The notes under the pieces are model-generated. The model was not told the DNA's origin. It ran no database searches and worked only from the letters and a program-made list of their open reading frames with translations. A stretch of 64,000 nt of DNA, taken from assembly GCA_963726455.1 (NCBI GenBank), contig CAVSCK010000004.1, positions 1,152,001 to 1,216,000 of the forward strand. The letters run 5' to 3'. Position 1 is the first letter of the stretch. Every line of letters begins with the position of its first letter. The position numbers and the translations under genes were made by a program. Positions 29,035-39,784 of this stretch are shown here, piece after piece. Origin of the DNA: an uncultured bacterium (lineage in GTDB: Bacteria; Zixibacteria; MSB-5A5; CAIYYT01).

Positions 29035-31485
29035 TTGGCTGAAAGGCGCTTTTTGCCCTCCCGCATTCTTTTAATCGCACTCGTCATCTTAGCTGCTGCT
29101 GTTGCCGCAGGTCAGGAAATTCCTTTATCCGCCGGGCTGCAATTTCCACACATTCCCTATGCCGCGGTCACCGGCCCCGAAGGCGTAATTCTCAATCCGT
29201 CCTCTCTCTTTCTCAACAAACCGCTCGGCGTCCAGATATATCACAGCTTTCCCAAGGACAAATTTTCCGGCAACGACGGCCTGATCGTCTCCGCCGCCGG
29301 TCTCGGCTTTGGTTATCAAAGACTGGGCTGGACCGGACTTTCCCCCGACAAGATTTCCCGTTATGATTTCGCCGTGTCTTCGCGCGTCGTCAGGAATATC
29401 TACACCGGCTTGTCCTACACTTATTATAAATCCAGCTTCAAGCCCATCGATAAATCCCATTCCTGGAATTTCTCGATTCTCGCGCATTTGGCTCCTTCTC
29501 TCTCTATCTCTGCTGAGGCGCAAAACGTTAACAAGCACGTCTACCTGGGCAGGCAAACCGATATCGGCTACGGTACGAGTATCGCCCTGCGTCCGATTGG
29601 TGACCGGTTCACTATCGGCGGCAATTTGTCGATGTATCGTGGCCAGAGTCTTAAATCTGCCGTCTGGCAGGCATCGGCGCGAGCCGAAGTGGCGCGCGGG
29701 CTGGTTCTTTATACCGGTATCGACGACCGGCACACGTTTGGAGTCGGCCTCGAATTCCGCATTGGCGATGCCATGGTTGGCACCGAGGGCTTTTTCGACA
29801 ACAATACTAACCATCTCGGCACCACAATCTACTCCGGCTATAATTATGCTCAACGCGACTACTTGATTGCCGGACCGGGAAAGATCCTCCAGGTCGACTT
29901 GTCAGGCGACATCTCCGAAGAGCGCAGCAGTGCCCTCTTTCTGAAATCACCCGAGACCGTCTATGACAAACTCGCCGCAATCAAGAAAGCTCAGAATGAT
30001 CGCGAAATCAAAGGCCTCCTCCTGACCATAAAGAATCCCGGCATTGGCTGGGGCAAGTTCGCCGACTTTCGCCGCGCCGTCAAGGATTTCGAAAAAGCCG
30101 GCAAGCCGGTAATCTGTTACCTGGGCGTCTCACCGAATAACGGCAGCTACTATCTGGCTTCAGCCGCCAATCAAGTCTATATGCTCCCTGTCGATGCCCT
30201 GAATCTCACCGGCTTGCGCGCCGAGGTCACTTTCTACAAGGGTACGCTCGACAAGATCGGAGTTGAAGCCGAAGTCGAGAAACAAGGCAAGTACAAAAAC
30301 TACCCCGATCAGTTCACCGACACAGCCATGACGGCGCCTCACCGCGAGGCACTGGAATCGCTCCTGGATGATATTTATTCCCAGATACTCTCCGACATCG
30401 CGCCCGACCGCCGGCTCACCCCTAAAGGACTGTCCAAGATTATTGACCAAGGGCCGTTCACTTCGGTTCAGGCGGAATCGTTGGGACTGGTTGACGGTCG
30501 CTTTTATCCCGAGGACTTCGAATCCCATCTCCCTTCGATGTTTGGCGGAAATTACTTTGCGGTCTCGTCACAGGAGTATCAGGCCAATGCCCCATATCGT
30601 GATCGCTTCACCGAGCCCCCTGAAATAGCGTTGATCTCTGTCTCCGGCTCCATCACCACGGGAAGTTCCGGGTCGAACTTCGTCACAGGCAACACCGCGG
30701 GCTCCGCCACCATAACTCGCGCCATTCGGAGCGCCAAAAATGACCGCGCAGTAAAAGCCATCGTCATGCGGCTCGACACTCCGGGGGGCGATGCGCTTGC
30801 GTCCGACTTGATCTGGGGCGAACTTCAGTCCGCGCGCAGGCGTAAACCCGTCATCGTGTCAATGTCTGACGAATGCGCCTCGGGCGGCTATTACATTGCC
30901 GTGGCATCTGACAAAATCTTCGTCGAGCCAACTTCCGTGACCGGTTCCATTGGCGTCTTCTGGGGCAAACCGAATCTGGAACAGCTTTATCGCAAACTCG
31001 GAATGAACACGGTGACTATTCGGCGTGGAGACCACGCGGACATCTATTCGATGAAGCAGGGCTTTACTCCCGATGAACGCCTATTGGTTCGGCGTCAGGT
31101 AAACGATATGTATCGCAACTTCGTTTCCATTGTCGCCGAAAATCGCAAACTCTCGACCGACTCCGTCCATACGATCGCCCAGGGTCGGGTCTGGAGCGGC
31201 AAGAGCGCCCTCGCCATTGGACTGGGTGACGCAAATGGCGGCTTGATGGAAGCCATTGACGCCGCCCGTGTCGCGGGAGATATCACCGACAGGGACTATC
31301 GTGTCGTTGAAATGCCGGAGCGCCGCCTTAGCTTGTTTAACATTCCCGACTTACTTATGTCCGCGATTGGACGCCGTCTCGGCCTGTCTGATTCCGTTCC
31401 TGCGGAAGCACTGCGAGCACTCGTTTCGACCACGGGTTCCGAGTCAATGCAGATGCAACTTCCCTATCAACTCACTGTTGAGTGA
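29035..31485 (+). CDS. sppA: SppA (S49) protease with extra N-terminal beta-barrel-like domain
   Basis: Two S49 domains (GKYK; DTPGG; CASGGYYIA; TGSIGV; QGRVWSG). The ~270-aa N-terminal region has alternating beta strands and an NPSSL motif. Confidence 0.88.
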   Translation: MAERRFLPSRILLIALVILAAAVAAGQEIPLSAGLQFPHIPYAAVTGPEGVILNPSSLFLNKPLGVQIYHSFPKDKFSGNDGLIVSAAGLGFGYQRLGWTGLSPDKISRYDFAVSSRVVRNIYTGLSYTYYKSSFKPIDKSHSWNFSILAHLAPSLSISAEAQNVNKHVYLGRQTDIGYGTSIALRPIGDRFTIGGNLSMYRGQSLKSAVWQASARAEVARGLVLYTGIDDRHTFGVGLEFRIGDAMVGTEGFFDNNTNHLGTTIYSGYNYAQRDYLIAGPGKILQVDLSGDISEERSSALFLKSPETVYDKLAAIKKAQNDREIKGLLLTIKNPGIGWGKFADFRRAVKDFEKAGKPVICYLGVSPNNGSYYLASAANQVYMLPVDALNLTGLRAEVTFYKGTLDKIGVEAEVEKQGKYKNYPDQFTDTAMTAPHREALESLLDDIYSQILSDIAPDRRLTPKGLSKIIDQGPFTSVQAESLGLVDGRFYPEDFESHLPSMFGGNYFAVSSQEYQANAPYRDRFTEPPEIALISVSGSITTGSSGSNFVTGNTAGSATITRAIRSAKNDRAVKAIVMRLDTPGGDALASDLIWGELQSARRRKPVIVSMSDECASGGYYIAVASDKIFVEPTSVTGSIGVFWGKPNLEQLYRKLGMNTVTIRRGDHADIYSMKQGFTPDERLLVRRQVNDMYRNFVSIVAENRKLSTDSVHTIAQGRVWSGKSALAIGLGDANGGLMEAIDAARVAGDITDRDYRVVEMPERRLSLFNIPDLLMSAIGRRLGLSDSVPAEALRALVSTTGSESMQMQLPYQLTVE

Positions 31486-31553
31486 GCTGCTCACACGTGC
31501 CTACATCAAGTTCACATACGAATCGGTTCGATCAGTTTATAAATGGAGGTAAC

Positions 31554-32897
31554 ATGAAGAAACTGATTATCGTTCTACTACTGTCGGCGGCGCTGGCATC
31601 GTCTGCCTTTGCCGCTACGGAGTGGCCGGTCAACAAACATGTGTTCAGCAATGGACTAACCCTGCTGACCATGGAAAATTCCGCCACACCGTCCGTTGCT
31701 TTCCAGATGTGGTTCCACGTCGGCTCGAAGAATGAACGCCCCGGGATGACCGGAGTATCTCACCTGTTTGAGCACATGATGTTCATGGGCACCGACAAAA
31801 TCGGCCCTGAGGAATTCTCCAAAATCCTGCAGAAGAAGGGTGGCATTTCCAACGCGTATACATCTTACGATCAGACCGTGTATCACGAAGATTTCGGCAA
31901 AGACCAGCTTGAGGAAGTTCTCCAGTTGGAAAGTGATCGTTTGCAACACTTGAAGCTCGACGACAAGAACCTCGCCACCGAGCGCCAGGTCGTTATTGAA
32001 GAACGCGGTTTTCGCGTTGACAACAGCCAGTTTATGGATGTCCTCGAACAGCTTTACGCCAACGCCTGGATGGCTCATCCCTATCAGTGGATGATCACCG
32101 GCTGGCGCGCTGACCTGGAACATCTCACCCTGAAGCAGTGCCAGGATTATTTCAAGACCAACTACAATCCGGCCAATGCCGTGATGGTAATTGTCGGCGA
32201 TGTCAAGACTGCTGATGTGATCAAACTCGTCGACAAGTATTTCGGCGCGATTCCGGGTAATCCCGATATTCCGCGTCCGTTCTATAACGAACCCGATCAG
32301 CGGGGCGAACGCCGGGTCGATTTCCACAAGATGTCGCAACTGCCGATCTTCATCGCCGGCTATCACACTCCCGCCGAGGGCGATTCCGATACCTACGCCC
32401 TCGACATTCTCGGACGCATCCTTTCCGGTGGCGAATCCAGCCGCCTTTACAAACGCATGATCTATACCGACCAGATCGCGCTCGCTGCCGGTGGTGAAAA
32501 CGGTTCTCGCGAGCAGGCCGGACTGTTCTATGCTTACGCTTTCATGCAGCCCAATCGCACTGCCGCCGACGGCGAAAAGGTCATGTACGAAGAAATCGAG
32601 AAGATGAAGAACGAGAAGGTCTCCGATCAGGAACTGCAGAAAGCCAAGAACCAGATCGAAGCCGAGTTCTATATGGGTATCCAGTCCAACGAAGATAAGG
32701 CCGGCAGTCTGGGGCGCTACGAGACTTTGCGCGGCGACTACAAATTGATGTTCAGGGACATGGACAGATATGCTGCTGTCACTGCCGATGATATTATGCG
32801 CGTTGCCCAGAAATATCTCATTCCTAACAATCGCACGGTAATCACCGTCATTCAAGACAACAAACCCTCCGGAACCATGGGGATGAAAGAGGAGTGA
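31554..32897 (+). CDS. M16B zinc peptidase, catalytic subunit, exported
   Basis: HLFEHMMF (HxxEH), NAYTSYD and ERQVVIEER. Signal peptide and GGAGG RBS. Confidence 0.93.
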   Translation: MKKLIIVLLLSAALASSAFAATEWPVNKHVFSNGLTLLTMENSATPSVAFQMWFHVGSKNERPGMTGVSHLFEHMMFMGTDKIGPEEFSKILQKKGGISNAYTSYDQTVYHEDFGKDQLEEVLQLESDRLQHLKLDDKNLATERQVVIEERGFRVDNSQFMDVLEQLYANAWMAHPYQWMITGWRADLEHLTLKQCQDYFKTNYNPANAVMVIVGDVKTADVIKLVDKYFGAIPGNPDIPRPFYNEPDQRGERRVDFHKMSQLPIFIAGYHTPAEGDSDTYALDILGRILSGGESSRLYKRMIYTDQIALAAGGENGSREQAGLFYAYAFMQPNRTAADGEKVMYEEIEKMKNEKVSDQELQKAKNQIEAEFYMGIQSNEDKAGSLGRYETLRGDYKLMFRDMDRYAAVTADDIMRVAQKYLIPNNRTVITVIQDNKPSGTMGMKEE

Positions 32898-34294
32898 TGA
32901 AAGTGAAAAACAGTAAGATCATTTTGATACTTGGATTACTCTGTGCCTTCGCTTTCGTCGCACAGAATGTCGCTGCCGTTACGTTGGCCTTGCCGCCGAT
33001 GTCGGACAAGTCCTTGCCCAACGGCCTCAAAGTCATCGTGGTTGTGAACGACAAGCAGCCGGTCGTTGCCATGCGTCTGCTGATCAAGTCGGGAACCTGT
33101 CTCGATCCCGCCGACAAAGCGGGTCTTGCCAATCTGACCGCCGGTCTCTTGCGCAAAGGCACGGCGACTCGCGACGCCAACAAGATTTCCGAAGAAATCG
33201 ATTTCATCGGCGGTTCGCTTGGCGCCGGCTCTGATTTGGATGCCACCTACGCTACCTGTCAGGTGCTAACCAAGCATTTTGACACCGGCCTCGGTCTGTT
33301 GTCCGACATCGTGCTGAATCCGTCGTTCGACAGCACCGAAATCGAACGCCTGCGCAAACAGACGCTCGCCGGTTTGATGCAGGCCAAGGACGATCCCAAT
33401 TCATTGGTCGACGAACAATACAAGAAATATTTGTTCGGCGACCACCCCTATGGTAAGCCGGAGAACGGCACGATCGAATCAGTGAGTACTCTCAAACGTG
33501 CGGATATTATCGAATTCTGGAAGAAGTATTACATCCCGAATAATGCCGTTCTGTTTGTCGTCGGCGACGTCAAACCGGCAGAGGTTTTCCCAAAGATCGA
33601 AGCCAAGTTTGGCAGTTGGAAACAGGGAACGCCTCCCGAGATGAATTTCGCGGCCGCCAAGCCCGCGTCCGGCATTAAGGTCATTCTCATTAACAAACCC
33701 GATGCCACGCAATCCAGCATCAAGATCGGCAATCTCGGCACTTTCCGACAGGATCCCGACATCTTCAGTTGCCGTGTGATGAACTATATCCTCGGTGGCG
33801 GCGGTTTTGTGTCGCGCCTGATGATCGACATCCGCCAGAGGCGCGGCCTCACATACGATATCAATTCGAGCTTCAGCTACCTGCGCTTCCCCGGCGATTT
33901 CACTGTGACTACGTTTACTCGCAACGATTCGACCGCCCGCGCAATCTCAGGCATCCTTGACGAACTCGACAAGATGCGTAACACCGATGTCGCTCCGCAG
34001 GAGTTGCAGGAAACCGTTTCCTTCTACAACGGCCTTTTCCCGCGCCAATTCGAAACGCTGGACCAGGTATCGAACCAGTTGTCGACAGTCGAATTGTACG
34101 GCCTCGGCAAAGACTATCTGCCGAACTACCTCGACAAGATCGCTGCCGTTACCCCGCAGAGCATTCGTGCGGCGGCACAGAAATATGTGGACCCGAAGAA
34201 TCTTCTGATTGTCGTAGTCAGCAAGGCCGCCGATGTTCGCGAAAGTCTCAAACAATTCGGCCCTGTCACGGAGATCGAAATATCGGATTTATAG
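32894..34294 (+). CDS. M16B peptidase, non-catalytic partner subunit
   Basis: M16 fold lacking HxxEH; carries LGGGGFVSRL..IRQRRGLTY (R/Y pair). Overlaps the upstream stop. Confidence 0.9.
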   Translation: MMKVKNSKIILILGLLCAFAFVAQNVAAVTLALPPMSDKSLPNGLKVIVVVNDKQPVVAMRLLIKSGTCLDPADKAGLANLTAGLLRKGTATRDANKISEEIDFIGGSLGAGSDLDATYATCQVLTKHFDTGLGLLSDIVLNPSFDSTEIERLRKQTLAGLMQAKDDPNSLVDEQYKKYLFGDHPYGKPENGTIESVSTLKRADIIEFWKKYYIPNNAVLFVVGDVKPAEVFPKIEAKFGSWKQGTPPEMNFAAAKPASGIKVILINKPDATQSSIKIGNLGTFRQDPDIFSCRVMNYILGGGGFVSRLMIDIRQRRGLTYDINSSFSYLRFPGDFTVTTFTRNDSTARAISGILDELDKMRNTDVAPQELQETVSFYNGLFPRQFETLDQVSNQLSTVELYGLGKDYLPNYLDKIAAVTPQSIRAAAQKYVDPKNLLIVVVSKAADVRESLKQFGPVTEIEISDL

Positions 34295-34328
34295 ACGCGC
34301 GCGACATCTAGCTAAGCATCACACGTCT

Positions 34329-34440
34329 GCGCCACCAGATGCGCGATAAACAAAGCGCCATCAGATGCGTGATAAACAAAGCGCCGCCACAGGCGCATAG
34401 AACAGAGCGCCGTCAGGAATCCTTTCCTGACGGCGTGTTT
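34329..34440. repeat. 26-bp tandem units ending in a GCCGTCAGGAA/TTCCTGACGGC hairpin (terminator or REP-like)
   Basis: Units start GCGCC at 34329, 34355, 34381 and 34407. The hairpin recurs at 38365-38391. Confidence 0.7.
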
Positions 34441-34461
34441 CTTTGCCCGCATTATCTGCCT

Positions 34462-35754
34462 CTACCCTATCCTCCTCACCCGCATCCTCTCGATCCGCGG
34501 TCCATCCATCGACAAAATCTCAAACTGCAAATTGTCGATTATGATCTTCTCGCCGAGCCGTGGAAACTTGCCGAGACGATCAAGCACGTATCCGCCGATC
34601 GTGTCAGCCGATCCCTCTTCGTCCAATTGTACGTCAAATTGCTTATTGAAATTCTCTATCGGAAATTGCGCCTGCACCAGGCACAGGCGATTGCCGAGCA
34701 ATACGAACGGCTCCAATTCCGTGTCATGCTCATCGCGAATTTCCCCGACGATTTCTTCGAGAATATCTTCCAGCGTGATCAATCCGGCCGTGCCGCCAAA
34801 TTCATCCAGCACGATGGCCATGTGGTCGTGGCTCTTCTGGAAATCATGCAACTGTTCGTGAATCATTTTCGAGTCTGGCACGAAACTGACGGGCCGGATG
34901 ATGTCGTGAAGAATTATCAGTTCCCCATGGACAAGCAAATTTGTGACGTCTTTGGTGTGCACCACGCCTTTGATGTGATCGAGCGATTCCTCATAGACCG
35001 GATAACGCGAATACCCCTCTTCGGTCATCTTCCTCAGAATTTCGTCCTGCGTTTCGTCCAGATCAACGCCGCAGATGCCCGTTCGTGGCGTCATCGCCTG
35101 CCGCACCGTAGTATCGGCGAATTCGAATACTCCCTCGATCAGGTCGCGCTCTGCCTTTTCGAAATGCCCTTTGCGATGCCCTTCGGCCAGAATCAAATTG
35201 ATCTCCTCCGCCGATACCGCCGATTCAGTATTCTTCTCCACCAATCCGAACGGAAACAGAATCGCTCGCGCCGACACGCTCAGGATCTTGGCGGGAATCA
35301 TCGCAATCACCGCAAACACATTCAGCACCGGCGCACTGGACAGCGCAATCTTTGCCGGCGAATTATAGGCCAGATATTTCGGCACCAGTTCGCCCAGTAC
35401 CAGCAGCAGAAATGAAACCGCTATCACTACGATCGTCACCGCCACCCGCTGTGCGGCATGAGCAGCAAGCCCCTGATTTTCCAAATAGGGAACAATCACC
35501 GGCACCACGGCGTTACCTGCCAGCACCGAGGCCGTCGTTCCTGCCAGCGTAATTCCCACCTGGATCGTCGCCAGAAAGCGGTCCGGCTGCTCCAGCAATT
35601 CCCCCAACTGCTTGGCGCGCTTGCTCCCCTTGGCGATCAGGTGCTTCAAATGGCTCCTGCGCGTGCTGAGTACGGCAATCTCGGCGCCCGCAAAAAACCC
35701 GTTGATCAGGATCAACAACACGATCGCGATTATCTCGATTTCACCTTGATGCAT
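34462..35754 (-). CDS. CNNM/HlyC-CorC family (hemolysin-family) Mg2+/Co2+ transporter
   Basis: NGFFAGAEIA, FLATIQVGIT, GELVPK, CBS pair (YSRYPVY; DEFGGTAGLITLEDILEEIVGEI) and CorC C-terminus. Confidence 0.93.
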   Translation of the reverse strand: MHQGEIEIIAIVLLILINGFFAGAEIAVLSTRRSHLKHLIAKGSKRAKQLGELLEQPDRFLATIQVGITLAGTTASVLAGNAVVPVIVPYLENQGLAAHAAQRVAVTIVVIAVSFLLLVLGELVPKYLAYNSPAKIALSSAPVLNVFAVIAMIPAKILSVSARAILFPFGLVEKNTESAVSAEEINLILAEGHRKGHFEKAERDLIEGVFEFADTTVRQAMTPRTGICGVDLDETQDEILRKMTEEGYSRYPVYEESLDHIKGVVHTKDVTNLLVHGELIILHDIIRPVSFVPDSKMIHEQLHDFQKSHDHMAIVLDEFGGTAGLITLEDILEEIVGEIRDEHDTELEPFVLLGNRLCLVQAQFPIENFNKQFDVQLDEEGSADTIGGYVLDRLGKFPRLGEKIIIDNLQFEILSMDGPRIERMRVRRIG

Positions 35755-35927
35755 AGTGCCAAAATATACGACAATTTCTCTTCAAAGCACAAGCGGGTCA
35801 AACGGCTGGGCACCAAATTAACTTCATGTCTGCTAACTTCATACGCGAACTACATTTTGGCTGCTCGAATACCGATAACTAAATGTGGAGATTTGTGCCA
35901 GCTGCCATTCAACACGGTGCCTAACAA

Positions 35928-36551
35928 ATGAGCGATTTTATACCGGCCGGCCGCTTGTCGGCTATCCCTCATGGGGATCAGAAGATCGAGATTCAAACGG
36001 AGTTCTCCAAGTACCCCGAACCCCGTATCGCTACATCAGTTAGCATCGGTGGCAGAACCATCCACAAAATTCAAAAACTCTGGGGCAAAACCATCGATTC
36101 GGCGGAGGAAATGCATCAGGTCGAGGAGATCATCAATAGCCAGCATGATGAGGTTACCGCCCTGGTTCACGAACACGCCGGTGTCTTGGTGAAACGCAGC
36201 GAGACCGACCTCGCACTGAGTGTAGCCCAAACTGCAATCGAACGGGCCGAATCGATTCCCGAAATTGATGCCGCTTACATTATCCAACCCGATGGCAAGA
36301 TCCAGTCACGCGGCAAAGTGAGTCGTGAGGCCGAAATGTTGGCGCTGATGATTCAGAGTCTGGCGGATGTCCTGTTCAATATCGCCCGTGTCGGAAACAT
36401 CGGCAATTATGAAGACTGCGTGCTGAACCTCGGCGCGCATGATGTGCTCTTCCTTCCGTTTCGCGGTGGCTATCTGGTAGCGTTGACCGACGCCAAGGTC
36501 CGCAAGCGGGAAATCTTCAACGAGCTCTGGAAGATCGCGAGGGCCGCATGA
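35928..36551 (+). CDS. hypothetical protein with C-terminal Roadblock/LC7-like domain
   Basis: N-terminal IQTE...QH domain; C-terminal IPEIDAAYIIQPDG...YLVALTD roadblock pattern. Confidence 0.65.
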   Translation: MSDFIPAGRLSAIPHGDQKIEIQTEFSKYPEPRIATSVSIGGRTIHKIQKLWGKTIDSAEEMHQVEEIINSQHDEVTALVHEHAGVLVKRSETDLALSVAQTAIERAESIPEIDAAYIIQPDGKIQSRGKVSREAEMLALMIQSLADVLFNIARVGNIGNYEDCVLNLGAHDVLFLPFRGGYLVALTDAKVRKREIFNELWKIARAA

Positions 36552-37285
36552 ACAAGATTCTTGAGGCCATTCGCGGCGTTGTCGGCGTATCTGGTGTCAT
36601 CCTCTGGGAAAAGCGCACTCAGAATTTTCACAAATTGTTGCCGGCACGTTTCGAGTCCGCAACAATCGATGAACTCTGTGCACTGCTCACTCGCTATTGC
36701 GAAATTCGCGACAAATCCTTTAAGACAATCGCGCGCTTCACCGGCGGTTGGATTTTGCTCCACAATCATCCTGCCTTCGGGCTGATGGTGCTGAGCAAGA
36801 CTGATCTCAATACCACGACACTGAATCTGGTCAGCAAATCCGCAATCTCCTCGCTGGAATCCAGGTTCAGTCAACCGGTCACTTCTGATGCGCTTCCCGA
36901 CGGCTTTCAGCAAATTCACGCAGCGGCCCTGGCGCGCGCAATCAACCTGTCAGCCGGATTCTTCTACACCCATCTCTCCCGTTTTGACATTGCCGAACTG
37001 CTTCGCGAAACCAAGGACGAGCTGATTGCCGAACATCCCGCGCTCAAACATTTCTCCGTTGATGCCAACGGCGGCGTCATTGTAATCAAAGGTGCCGAAA
37101 AACAGATGGACATCAGCGCTGCTGCCGCTGCCGCGCGGCTGATCGCTCGTTTCGTTGAGTACGCCTGCGAACGCTGCGATGCCGAAGGATTCAATATTGA
37201 GAGATTGACTGCCCCGCTGAATCCCACGCTCTCGCAACTTGGATTCTACCAGTTCTTTTCGAAATCCCGCAATCCCGCTCTCTGA
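36548..37285 (+). CDS. hypothetical protein with N-terminal Roadblock/LC7-like domain
   Basis: MNKILEAIRGVVGVSGVIL...FTGGWILL...LMVLSKTDLN. ATGA-coupled to the upstream gene. Confidence 0.65.
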   Translation: MNKILEAIRGVVGVSGVILWEKRTQNFHKLLPARFESATIDELCALLTRYCEIRDKSFKTIARFTGGWILLHNHPAFGLMVLSKTDLNTTTLNLVSKSAISSLESRFSQPVTSDALPDGFQQIHAAALARAINLSAGFFYTHLSRFDIAELLRETKDELIAEHPALKHFSVDANGGVIVIKGAEKQMDISAAAAAARLIARFVEYACERCDAEGFNIERLTAPLNPTLSQLGFYQFFSKSRNPAL

Positions 37286-37768
37286 CCCATCTTTTGCGAC
37301 TCAATTGATTGAGAATATTTCTGGCGGGTAGACCTGCCCGATCTACGCTGGAAGATAAAAGGAAAGAGAGGGGTGTGTTATCCACACGGCAATTTGAAAA
37401 AAACTCCTCATTCGATACGGTAAAGGGTTTTTACAGCCACCTCGGTTTTTTGCTCCCGCTATTCCGAACCCGAAGGCGCGGAGGTCACGGCAGGACGCGC
37501 AACCATAATAGGGGCGACCTTCATTAATGAGTTGTTAGAGATTTTTCAAATAAACCCCTCTCTAACACTTGCACAAATATACGCTCCAAACGTTACGTTT
37601 CAAACCTAAATTCACCCGTCACGCAATTAACATTGACACGGCACGCCATTTGATTCGCAGTTTGTTTTCGCCAGTCCGCTCCGTGCCATCGCCAATTTTG
37701 ACTTGCTCCCAGTTACTCTTCTTAGTATATGATATCGTCAGACACCGTCGAAAAAATAGGATCGAAAT

Positions 37769-38131
37769 TTGAGCAGAATTTGTGGCACCGGCGTTGACAT
37801 TATCGAAATCCCCCGGATAAAGAACGCCTACGAACGCTGGGGAAATGATTTTCTGGCGAAGATATTTTCTCCCGCGGAAATCGATTACTGTCTGCGCAAA
37901 ATGAATCCCTATCCTTCACTCGCGGCGCGTTTTGCTGCCAAGGAGGCCTGCTTCAAAGCCCTGTCGCAGGCGGGAATTCACATTACTCTATGGCGTGGCA
38001 TATCGGTTGCTCGCGCCGAGGATGGTCGACCGCGACTGATCGTTCCCCAGGCCGAAGGCCTGCATCTGCATCTATCCCTGACCCACGGCAAGGACTACGC
38101 CGTCGCCATGGTCATCGCCGAACGCGACTAA
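37769..38131 (+). CDS. acpS: holo-[acyl-carrier-protein] synthase
   Basis: GVDIIEI, LAARFAAKEACFKAL and LSLTH...AVAMV. Confidence 0.95.
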   Translation: MSRICGTGVDIIEIPRIKNAYERWGNDFLAKIFSPAEIDYCLRKMNPYPSLAARFAAKEACFKALSQAGIHITLWRGISVARAEDGRPRLIVPQAEGLHLHLSLTHGKDYAVAMVIAERD

Positions 38132-38197
38132 CATCAGTGCCCCGCACGCAAATCAATTGACTAAGTCTCATCTTTCTATGCTTCTGTGAAGTCCTTG

Positions 38198-38529
38198 TTT
38201 CCGTGCCCGGCAGTCGTCCTCGCCTGCCGTATCATCGACTTCCCGGTGCCCCATCCGCTTGCGGTGGGTTCTTCGTTTTTCGTTGTGTCACGTCCTGCGC
38301 ACGACGAAGTCGGGCGTGTGACGTGACACCATCACATTCCGCGCCGTCAGAAATCCATTCACCAGCGCCGTCAGGAACCCCTTCCTGACGGTTGCCATTT
38401 CCGTGCCCGGCAGTCGTCCTCGCCTGCCGTATCATCGACCTCCCGGTGCGCCATCCGCTTGCGGTGGGTTCTTCATTATCCGTTGTGTCACGTCCTGCAC
38501 ACGACGAAGTCGGGCGTGTGACGTGACAC
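38198..38529. repeat. ~132-bp direct repeat (200-bp period) composed of several palindromes
   Basis: 38198-38329 is nearly identical to 38398-38529. Each copy contains CGGCAG..CTGCCG, CCCA..TGGG and TGTCACGT..ACGTGACA hairpins. Confidence 0.9.
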
Positions 38530-38650
38530 ATCTAAACCCTCTCATAAAACCTTTTGCATCTCACCAATACAAATTCGCATATTCGGATTCGTGGGCGTCC
38601 GCGCGGCCGTCCCGCCATTGTTATGAATTATCGCTACACGGAGGTATACA

Positions 38651-39730
<1,080 letters not shown>

Positions 39731-39750
39731 CTATCTAATTCCGATATTCC

Positions 39751-39776
39751 GTAGGGGCGACTCGCCGAGTCGCCCT
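39751..39776 (+). repeat. single GTAG-REP of a third family
   Basis: GTAG-GGGCGACTC-GCC-GAGTCGCCC. Confidence 0.7.
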
Positions 39777-39784
39777 GTGCTTTC

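Noticed and set aside
34339-35415. Long antisense ORFs (e.g. 34339-35415, 31656-32855, 60179-61291, 26207-27211)
   Set aside because: Shadows of well-supported opposite-strand genes in GC-rich DNA, with no recognisable motifs.
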